Below the pieces are notes generated by a model. The model was not told the origin of the DNA. It saw only the letters and a program-made list of their open reading frames with translations, and searched no databases. A stretch of DNA of 40,035 nucleotides from Amoebophrya sp. A120 (Eukaryota > Protista > Dinoflagellata). Made by a program: the position numbers and the translations under genes. This document shows, in pieces, positions 10,990 through 20,800 of this stretch. Location of the stretch: positions 406,612 to 446,646 of the forward strand of contig CAJINV010000025.1 of the NCBI GenBank assembly GCA_905178155.1. Direction: 5' to 3'. Within the stretch, counting starts at the first letter, position 1. Each line of letters opens with the position of its first letter.

Positions 10990-13900
10990 ATGATCATGTT
11001 GCGCATCGGAGGACTCGCCGCGCTTTATTTTTTCAGCGGCCTCTCAACAACGTTTGCGCTCGGGATGAAGTTGTACGGCCAACGCATTTATCAAGTGCAA
11101 ATATGTCTGGGTCTGGAAGATTCTGCGACTTGTCATGCATGTCTGACATGACTCGAGAATCTGTGATGCGTGGGCACGAACCGGCTCTCCTATCTGTCAC
11201 GCAAAAACGCAGTTTCTCATGTGGAATACGCAACACGTACCCGCTCAAAAATTTGTCATGCTTGGCTGCGTATTGCAGTCCGGCTATCATCCAGTGTAGC
11301 ATTAAGTACAAGTTTCCAGACCCAGACATATTTGCAATTCATAGCATTAGCACCTTCAAGGAGCGTACTTTCCTGCAGCAGGAAGAACAAGAAGCACAAG
11401 GTCGGCTACACATGCTATTGCAAGGAAAAATCCCCCCTCCCCATTTTGAACGCGCATCCTGCTGAAAATTTGTGACGCAGATTTGTGACCACAGATCGCG
11501 TCTGTCTTGCAAGAAGGCACATTCAGGCCGTCCGCTCTTTTAGCAACGTTAAATAATAGAACGTTACTATGCAGGCGCTCTGTAGAAATGCTGTAAGCGT
11601 AAGGCCCACAGAGTGCGTAGCCGTCTACCATGCTAGGCGCCTACACCAAAAGACCCTCGCCTAGGCTGGCTTAGGATCTACTGCGTGCCGTCCTTTACTG
11701 CAATAGTACGCATCTGTTGACTTCTTGTGTACTCAAGTCCAGCATCAGAAATTTTGATTTGATATGGGGAGGGGGGATTATTTTTGGTTGTATTACAGGG
11801 ATCTCAACGGTGCTTGTGGATCTCAACGTTGAGACCTCACAGCTCAACGTTGAGAAATATATCTCAACGATCAGCAGTGGTTTAGGGTTTCGGGTTTAGG
11901 ATTTGGGGTTTAGGGTCGTCGGGCAGGGCAGCCGCGGCTGCCCTGCCCGACGATTCTCTCGTCGCCTCCCTGCGCTCTTGTTGCCCGGTACGTTGTGCGC
12001 GGCCCGTTGCCTTGTGTGCCCTGTGTCCCACTATGCGTGGAGCCTTCGCGCGTTTTTCTGAGTATCTATGAGCCCGCTCGCTGGCAGGACCTCTGAGAGG
12101 TTTGCTGCGGGGGCTTGGTGCGCACCTTCACGCCATGCAGTTCTTCTGTGTGCAGACCGTTGAGACCAGTCGTTGAGCTCATCGCGAATCCGTTGAGGCG
12201 TCTCAAAGCGTTGAGGCGCGACCGTTGAGATTCACTCGTTGAGATTCCTGTATAACAACCATTATTTTTCCTTTCGATGCATGCACGAACAGCATCACGA
12301 GTTTCTTGCTGATCCTTCTACTCCTTCTTGCCCAGACCAAGCACCGAGAGTGTTCGTGTATGGCTTTCCGCCCAAGGAGTTACTGAGTCATATGGTGTTC
12401 TCAAACGTTCCGTTCTCAGCTTCTGTTACATGATTTGTCATGCAAAATGACCATGAGCCGCCAAACGATCAAGCTGCTTCGCAAGACAAATTATCGCCGG
12501 GCTAAACAGCATCTAAATTATCCGTGCCAAATTTGTGATGCAAGACTTGCAAGCTTGCCCCTTTCCCTATTGCTGTTTTTGCATCACAAATTCGTGTAAC
12601 AGTTGAGGATGTAACATTTGAGAACTCCATAAGTCACGGGACACGTGACATCGTTTGGCGGGAGGATGCGTACTGCGAAAGAGAATTACCGTCTGGCTCG
12701 GCCGAGGAGCGCGATTGCGTCTTCGGTCCGGAGTTCTCCGTTACGATCGATTCGCCGCCAGCCAACGTGACGCTCCGTGCCACTGACCAGTTTCGAAATG
12801 GCCGCATCTTCCAATCCCGCCTGGTGCGCTCAGCTTGCAGAGTCACAGATCCCACACGCGCCGATGTGTTTTTCGTGCCCATTTGGCGCGAGAATTACAA
12901 AGTGAACCGCACCGAGTGCCCGACGGAAGACGAAGTTTTGGCTGCTCTTCCCTACTTGTCCGACGAAACGGCGAGCAAGCACTTTCTGATGTCTCCGCGT
13001 GTCGGGGGATTGTGGGATGACGTGTGCCCTTTTTGGAATAGCGAGAAGCCGCTGCTCCAGAAAATCCGAAAGATGGCCCTGGAAGACACAGCCTGCGGCA
13101 AGGAGGACCGGCCGGAGCGTTCTATTCCGTATCCGACCCTCGGTGGCGGTTTGAACAGTACGCAACTCGCCCACCTGTTCGCCGTCGCCGATAAAGCGCA
13201 GGAGACCGGCAGGGAATTTCTAGTCATGGCCACTCTGGGGAAACGCGTTGGCATATCAAAAGGAAAAATCCCCCCTCCCCACATCAAAACGAGATTTCTG
13301 ATGCTGGATTTGAGTGCACAAATCAGGTTTGTATTGCAGGAAAGCATTGCAGTCAGATCCCCAGGCTAGGCAGGGGCGTATGCGTCTAGTTGTTCAGCAT
13401 GGCAAGCGGCTCCCCTTTAGGCCCAATAGCATGACAAATCGCTTCCATAGTGTGGCGGAAGCTTCTGCCGTTGTCTTCTTGCAATACAAATGTGATTTGC
13501 GACCTCAAATCAGCAACGCAAATTTTCGAAAACATACCTTTTCGATATGGGGAGGGGGGATTTTTGCTTTTGATATGGCATCTCCTCTGCGCGCGTGCGC
13601 GACGTTTGGAATCAACACTGCCACGACAGCGACCATTGTATTGCGGTGGACCCCACGGTATCAAATGTAAAAATGTCTGGGTCTGGAAGATTCCGAGATT
13701 TGTCATGCAGTTTTTCCAAGCTCCACAAAGTCTGGAATGCAGGGCCTAGCATCACAGGTTCTGCAGCCCCTTGGTGATGCCCATTATGCATGAGAAATGC
13801 CCTCTGAGGATGCCGAGAAATGGGGACCTTTTGCAATTCATGCGAACACAGATTTTTGTATCATCCGCAACACGCATCACAAGTTCGCATTCTTCCAGAC

Positions 13901-15108
13901 CCAGACATTTTTACATTTGATACACGGTGGCAGGCATGCTCCCTGGGTTGGTCCAAGCCATGATGAAGTCCACCTTTTGCTTGCAGCCGGAAGGAGACAC
14001 TCCGTCTCGCAAGGGGATGCTGGACAGCTTGGCGCTGGGATGCATTCCGGTGCTTTCGTCCCGGAAACAGCACACGCTGTGGCGTTGGCATCTGGGAGAC
14101 CACGACTGGGAAGATTTCTCTGTGCTGGCGCCAGATTCCACGCAGGCGGCACACTCAACCACTAGGGGCAATAAACCCACCCAGCCGGGGCAAAACCACC
14201 CAGATACAACCCCGGGGCAAAACGACCACCCAGCCGACGATATCAAATGTAAAAATGTCTAGGTCTGGAAGAATGCAACTTGTGATGCTGCGTCTGCATT
14301 ATCCGAAAATCTGTATTGCATGAACAGCAGAAGAGGTCTGGTTTTGGCCACGGCGAGAGGGCATTTCTCATGCGGTATAGGCATCAGAAAGCCCTGCTCA
14401 CAAGACCTGTGATGCTAGGGCATGCATCGCAGACATCAGTCATGCAAAATGTGCATGACAAACCTTGCATCCTTGCAGACCCAGACATTTTTGCAGTTGA
14501 TAGGCGAGGACGGGGGGCAAAACCACCCAGCCGAAGAGGACGGAAGGCAAGACGAGCAAGACCAATCAACTGTCGGCAAGGGGCCAACATCGCAACGTTC
14601 GTTATCAAATGTAAAAATGTCTGGGTCTGGAAGATTGCCAGGTTTGTCATGCACATTTTGCATGACTCCTGATGTCTGTGATGCATGCCCTAGCATCACA
14701 GATTTTGTGAGGGCTTCCTGATGCCTATACCGCATGACAAATGCTCTTTCCGTGTAGCAAAACTTGGACTCTCTTTGCTGCTCACGCAATACAGATTTTT
14801 TTAGAATCCAAAAGCAGCATGACAAGTTGGATTCTTCCAGACCCAGACATTTTTACATTTGATGTTCGTGGTGCTGTGGCGATGGCGAGAAGAAATCCCC
14901 TCCAGCGGTGGCGCAGACGCTGATGGAAACTGGATCGTCCGGCGTCAACAACATCGTAGAGTTCCTGGAGACCATCAACGCGACCACGATCGCCGAACTG
15001 CGGGCCGGCGTGCGGAGTGCGCGGGAGAAAATCATCACGCACTGGACCGACACCGACTTGAACGACGCAATTACGGTCACGCTGAAAGCCATACAGGATG
15101 GCAAATGA
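10990..15108 (+). CDS. Exostosin-family (GT47) glycosyltransferase with N-terminal signal peptide/anchor, ~537 aa, split by 7 TIR elements. Exons 10990-11088, 11349-11415, 12285-12390, 12637-13253, 13581-13658, 13928-14240, 14508-14602, 14870-15108
   Basis: Joined exons total 1614 nt with no internal stop. They read MIMLRIGGLAALYFFSGLSTTFALG..RVFVYGFPP..TDQF..CRVTDPTRADVFFVP..SIPYP..STFCLQPEGDTPSRKGMLDSLALGCIPV..WEDFSV..NDAITVTL, which are GT47 motifs in the expected order. Confidence 0.92.
11089..11343. mobile_element. Family A TIR element acting as intron
   Basis: TATCAAGTGCAAATATGTCTGGGTCTGGAA...TTCCAGACCCAGACATATTTGCAATTCATA; repeat GCATT. Confidence 0.93.
11416..12279. mobile_element. 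Family B TIR element acting as intron; right TIR split by a nested element
   Basis: TATTGCAAGGAAAAATCCCCCCTCCCCAT...ATGGGGAGGGGGGATTATTTTT[insert]CCTTTCGATG; repeat CATGC. Confidence 0.9.
11786..12260. mobile_element. Nested non-autonomous element with 9-bp TSD (Mutator-like)
   Basis: TSD ATTATTTTT (11777-11785, 12261-12269). TIR GGTTGTATTACAGGGATCTCAACG / CGTTGAGATTCCTGTATAACAACC. Subterminal TCTCAACG/CGTTGAG repeats. Confidence 0.88.
12391..12631. mobile_element. Family E TIR element acting as intron
   Basis: TATGGTGTTCTCAAACGTT...AACATTTGAGAACTCCATA; repeat AGTCA. Confidence 0.9.
13254..13575. mobile_element. Family B TIR element acting as intron
   Basis: TATCAAAAGGAAAAATCCCCCCTCCCCACATC...GATATGGGGAGGGGGGATTTTTGCTTTTGATA; repeat TGGCA. 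Confidence 0.95.
13659..13922. mobile_element. Family A TIR element acting as intron
   Basis: Perfect TIR TATCAAATGTAAAAATGTCTGGGTCTGGAAGA; repeat CACGG. Confidence 0.96.
14241..14502. mobile_element. Family A TIR element acting as intron
   Basis: Family A TIRs; flanks GACGA/GGCGA. Confidence 0.92.
14603..14864. mobile_element. Family A TIR element acting as intron (interior opposite to 14241-14502)
   Basis: Family A TIRs; repeat TTCGT. Confidence 0.93.
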
Positions 15109-15149
15109 AGACGAAGAGGAGAAAATGTTTTAAATGAAAAACACGGCTA

Positions 15150-15406
15150 TATCAAATGCAACTATGTCTGGGTCTGGAAAGAAAGTTGGAACTTGTAATG
15201 CTAGCTTTACATTCCTGGAATATCTGTATTGCATAACCGACAAAAGGAGATTTTTGTCATGCAAAAACGCAGTTTCTCATGACATGCGGGCTGCCTATGA
15301 GAAAGTGCTCCGAAAAGTTGTCATGCTGCTCTGCATTCGGAACTGTTTCCATCATGCACATTTTAGCATCACAAGTTTCCAGACCCAGACATATTTGCAT
15401 TTGATA
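15150..15406. mobile_element. Family A TIR element downstream of the stop codon
   Basis: Family A TIRs; CGGCT on both sides, with one extra A on the left. Confidence 0.88.
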
Positions 15407-15444
15407 CGGCTTTACTGTCTACTACAACCCGTACGCCAGCGGCT

Positions 15445-15777
15445 TATGCTGAGGAAAAATCTCCCCTCCCCATATTGAAAGCGCATCCATCTGAAAACTT
15501 GTGATGCAGATTTGTGACCACAAGTGATCGCGTCTGTCTTGCAAGACGGCAACTTCAGGCTGTCCGGCACGTTATCCAGGCGATTTGTAATGGTGTAGGG
15601 CCTACAGGGCAGCCGTCTACCATCGACTAGGCGCCTATACCAAAAGGCCCCTGCCTAGGCTTGCGATCTGCGTGCAGTGCTCTACTGCAACACAAGTTTG
15701 ATTTGTCTTTGTGTACTCAAATACAGCATCACAAATATCGTTCTCGATATTGGGAGGGGTGATTTTTCCTTTTGATA
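15445..15777. mobile_element. Family B TIR element
   Basis: TATGCTGAGGAAAAATCTCCCCTCCCCATAT...ATATTGGGAGGGGTGATTTTTCCTTTTGATA; repeat CGGCT. Confidence 0.88.
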
Positions 15778-16389
15778 CGGCTCATCTACATCATCCTTGC
15801 GTTGCTGAGGACCTTAAGGCGTTGGATATCTATCACTGTCTGTTGGTTTTACTTATTATCATTGACGTATTTTGAAAAAATTGCTTGTAACAACAAAACT
15901 TCTTCGCTCTACCAGTTCTGTTTTTCTCAAGAAAGAGCACAAAGTGGCTCAGTCTTCTATCTGGTATTTTTATTCATCTTGAAATAGCGCTAGAATGGTC
16001 AGCACACGAGAGAAGAAAACCTTCACCCGGATCATTCCGTGTATCCAATATGAACAAACAACCAAACAGCTTTTCATTTGCATTTTCTTCTATTGATCAT
16101 CATGGTTCGAATTCAATTTTGTATGGTCTTGACCGACCAGCATGTAGTTTTTGCTTTATTAATAATTCGGAACTACTAGCCTGGTCGTCGTTGGGGTCGC
16201 GACCACATTCTACTTTCACTAATTGTAATTTTTGTACTAGTTTCGGTTTATCTTCATTCCGACCGCATGATAGAAGTACACATAAACAAAATGCAAACCT
16301 GTCTATGGAAGCGTCAGGATTGAAATCGTCAAAGTTGAATTTGAAAAAAAAAAAATGCATAAAATGCAACCCACAAAGCGCCTGTCTTG

Positions 16390-16988
16390 CAGAGTAGGCA
16401 AGGGAGGCATATTGCAAGCCTGTTGAGGGGTAGAAATAGAGCTGCTGAAGTAGCATGACAAAAGGCGTCTTCCTTTTACCCAAACAGCATTACAAACTGG
16501 ACTTAGACACCACCAAAACTTGTCATGCGCCATTTCTAAACTGGGCTCCAACTGGCATCCATTTTATGCATGACGAACTATTTCAACTCTGACAAATTTC
16601 AAACCTGACACATCCATATTGTCTGGCTCTGAAAATAAGAAGTTGTGAAAAATTCGTAGAACAGCAAGATGGTTTCTGCTACACGGAGTGAGAGGCATTT
16701 GTCATGCGGATTAGGCATAAGGAACTACAAGCATACCTAATTCATAGAGTGTGACAGACCACGACGACATCAAACTGACCGCTACCAGAAATAAAAGTAG
16801 CCAGTGGCATGATGAGAAATTCATTTTGCAGGGCGTCCATTTTTAGCCTCTACGAAAACAAGATGTGAATGAATACGCATACGCACGAAACTCGGCAAGC
16901 ATTTCCTGCATGACAGAGGTTGTCTGTCTTGCTTGTCTTTCATCAGAGCGTGTACTTCTAAGTGTAACACTTCTTATTTCTCACGATA
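16390..16988. mobile_element. Cluster of eroded A-, B- and D-like element remnants
   Basis: TGTCTGGCTCTGAAA (~16620), A-like interior GGCATTTGTCATGCGGATTAGGCAT, and D-like end GTAACACTTCTTATTTCTCACGATA (16988); no matched pairs. Confidence 0.5.
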
Positions 16989-17815
16989 AAAAAGGTCTCG
17001 ACGTGGTCCACAAATAAGATCATCGTCTGGCTTCTACTCTACCTCCCGCTGCTGTTGTTCAAACAAAGAACTTGCGCCGTTTTATTTCGAAGCTTCACGT
17101 TGTCCACCCGTGTAAGACTTCTCAGAGTAAGTCGAAGTACTCATAATTGCAGCTTTATTCCAGCAAGAGAAACAAGATCTTGAAAAAATGCGTCGATCTT
17201 CTTGTGGCCGCTTTTTTTCCTTTTCTTTACGTTCAGCGAGCAGGTTCGTCATCTTTCAAGGTTTAGTTTTAAATCGAGCACTATACCATAGGGTAGTTTT
17301 TATCGGCCAGCGTTATAATTTCAGATTCGGAAAAATGTACGTGTCTAGCGCGCACATAAGAACTTACTTTTGATCCTAGTATATAAAATTCCTGCCGTGA
17401 AGATCCACACGCCTACTGATGAGAGAAGCTCCTGCTGGCTGCGCTTGCCACAGGAAATTATGACCTTTTGCGGCTTGTGCTCGCAACTAGTAGACCACCT
17501 CCGAGAATAAATACAACTTATCTATCAAGATAGATCAACATGATCTATCGGTAAAAATAAAACTACAATCAGCCTACTTCTTGCAACTAGCTGCGCGGCC
17601 GGCGCTTGCTTTTTGGTAGCGGCAGCCTTATTTTTCTGGCATAGAAGGAGAACAACTCGCACTCGCTAGAAGTGACGATCGAGGACCACCTAGTGCCGAG
17701 AATATTCAATAGCACGTGATGTTGTCGGACGGGAAGTGGAACGTATGTGAACAGCAGAGGCCTCTATCTCAAAAAGTACTAGTACTACCTTGATTTATTG
17801 TCCAGAGAAAAAAAA

Positions 17816-20800
17816 ATGGCCGCCGCCAAAGCGAATGCGAACATGGCCCGACTACACAAGCACAGCGCGACTCTTCTCGGGGACCGCCTGTACGCAGCGG
17901 TGCGGATATGAAATGTAAAAATGTCTGGGTCTGGAAGAATGCAACATTTGTGATGCAGGTTTTCCATGACCCATGAGGCCGCGCATGCAGGACCTAGCAT
18001 GACAGATTCTGCGCGATCTCTCTCATGCCTTTCCTGCATGAGAAACTCCCTCCCGACTTGGTCAAAACTGGACGACTTTTGGTAATCATGCAACACAGAT
18101 TTTTGCATGCTTCAGATTTAGCATGACAAGTTGCATTCTTCCAGACCCAGACATTTTTACTATTGATAGCGGAGTGGCGACGGCAAATCCACGACATGCT
18201 CCTCCTCCTTACCTATGAACTGCAAAAGTGTCCTGCTGCTCGTATAAATGCATGACAAATCCCCTCAGCATGAGAAATAAAATTTGTAATGCGGATTTAC
18301 ATTGGGAAAAAAATTTGTAATGCACGACTGCAATACGAGTACTGTCACTGTGCGATACTTTTGCACAGGATATTACCCCGCCGATTTTTCAAGAAGCTGA
18401 AAAGCGGGACGAAACAGCTTTTCCTAAATTCTCGGTCACCGGCTGCGGCAGCGCGAGTAGGCGCGATATCTCCTCCCGACAGCGACGATCGGTTGCCACC
18501 GACACTGTACCGGGTGAAGAATATTGCATTTTCCGAGAAGCCGGGGAAAACCAGCAGGGAGGCGAGTGCGGCCGTGGGTAAAAATAGAGAGCAGGGTCCA
18601 GGAGCAAATTCCTATACCACCGATAGCACACCCACAGGTGATCCTTCCCCGCTATCGACTGTAAAAATGTCTGGGTCTGGAAGGGCCAAACTTGTGCTGC
18701 TGTATTTGGATGCTAAAAAAACCTGTATTGCATGACCAGCAAGAGGATTCAAATTTGGCTACGCGGAGACGGCATTTGTCTTTGTCATGCTGGATGCGCA
18801 TAGATAAGCGCTCAAAAAATCTGTGATGCTATGGCATACATCACAGACATCATGACTCATGAAAAATGTGCATGATAAAGTTGTGCTGTTCCAGACCCAG
18901 ACATTTTTGCATTTGATACCCGCCCGACGGAGCCAACATTTGTTCGGCACCGGTACTATTTTCCATCCCTGTCTACGGGCGGAACAAAAACACGCTGCTT
19001 CCGAGCACGCCCGTCGCGGTAGGAAATTGCAAATCTCTCTGAGTCTGGAAGAATGCAGAAGTTAGTCATACTGCTTTTGCATGACCGAGGACGGCTTGTA
19101 TGCAGGAGCAGGCGGCAAAATTTTTTTGTTTTCTCGACAGGGCATCTCATTAGCATTCCTGCATGAGAAATTCCCGTATTTGGGTGACAAAAGGTCGTCG
19201 TCGTGGATGAGAGATTTTTGTCTGTGCAACTGCTTTAGCTGGCCAGGCATGACAGATTTTTGTGATGTCTCTTAAAATGCGCGTCTTCACAAGTTTGAGT
19301 ATTCGCGCTTCAGACCTCCCAGATGACAGATTTGCAATGCATCGGCGTTCCTGAAACCCAACCAGGTGGTGCAGGTGTTGCCGCACGCGCTAAGGATCTG
19401 TGATGAGGAGCTAACGGAGGACAATTTGAGGAACTACAACTCGGGCATCGCCGGTTTGGAAAATGCAAAGTGGAAGCAGTTTTGGCTGGACACGCACCGA
19501 GGAGCAGGAGCCGCAGCCGCTTCCTCCTCTCCGTCCAGCTCGTCCTCTGTGGCGCCTGTAAATGTAATGAAGGACCACGGGGGCCAGCAAATGAGTTGTG
19601 AACAAGGAGGGAAAAAAAACCTCCCTGTGCAGACAGGCCACGAACCCGAAGTGGTAGAAGCAAGGACGAGCGAAACATCGTCAAGACGGGAAGGTGCAGA
19701 AACGCTTTCTCACCCCGCCCTCACTCCACCGTCTCCGTGGATCCCGGTTCGCATCGCGCCGGACGCCATGGAGGTGCTTACCATGCCGAACACGGTCGGC
19801 GGCATGACACTATCACGAGGAAAAACTCCCCCTCCCCATAATCTTCAAACGGAAAGTTTTCAGTACTGCTCTGTGGCGAGAGATCAGCTTTGTCCACGCA
19901 AGAAGGCAAGCAAAGATAAAGATAAAGTAATTTGCTCGCTTGCTTTTCTTGAGCGTACAGGGCAGGCGCAGCCTTACGGCGACGGACAAGCGCGGCGCGG
20001 ACGCGCCGCCGCTTCGCAGTGATCGAGAGGCGGCGAGGCCGGTGCGCTTCGATGGTCGTGCGTGCATTCCTGCAATCTTCGTCGCGGGGCAAAATTTTAC
20101 CCGTGCAGGCCGGCATTTTGCTGGCGGTTTTTTTGCCCGCGCTTTTTTGCCGTCGTGATGTTTTTAGCGAGGCTAATCTGGCGACCCTGCTTTCGCTGTG
20201 CCTTAGTAGCAAACCTACTTGAGGAGCCTACTCGCAGGGCCGTGGGAGCGAACCCACCCGAGCGCTCCACTTGCAGCGCCTTCAGAGCGAACCCGGCCGA
20301 GCAAGCCAAAAACGCAACAACAACGCAACAACAACTCCACAACAACTCCACAACAACTCCACAACAACTCGACAGCAACTCGACAGCAACTCGACAACAA
20401 CGCAACAACAACTCGACAACAACGCAACAACTACGCAACAACTACGCAACAACAACGCAACAACAACGCAACAACAACGCAACAACAACGCAACAACAAC
20501 GCAACAACAACGCAACAACAACCCAACAACAACCCAACAACATACAACTCAGCCCGTAGCCAAAAAAAAAGCCTGGCAAGGGCGGGAAAGCGTGCGCGCT
20601 CTCCTTTTTTTATCCACCCAAAAAAGTAAAAGGAGAGATATTCCGGGCGGTCCAACAAAAGCAGAGATATTCGGGGCGGTCCGGCAGAAGTGGAGACATT
20701 CGGAGCGGTCAAGCAGAAGGAGAGATATTCGGGGTGGTCAGGCGAAAGCGGAGATATTCGGAGCGGTCAGGCAAAAGTAGAGATATTCGCAGCGGCCGAA

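Noticed and set aside
11878-11915. TTTAGGG tract as a chromosome end or fusion site
   Set aside because: It is short, degenerate and internal to a TSD-flanked element; the same applies at 35372-35407.
13659-14864. Recurring ~30-bp TGTCTGGGTCTGGAA repeats with unique DNA between them, superficially CRISPR-like
   Set aside because: They occur as inverted pairs ~260 bp apart with TSDs, and the intervening DNA is exon; no cas genes are present.
16100-16483. Minus-strand 127-aa ORF as a gene fragment
   Set aside because: No recognisable motif and no clean element boundaries to extend it; it cannot be supported without a homology search.
20062-20780. Q/N/T-rich ORFs
   Set aside because: They are translations of an 11-bp minisatellite whose period is not a multiple of three.
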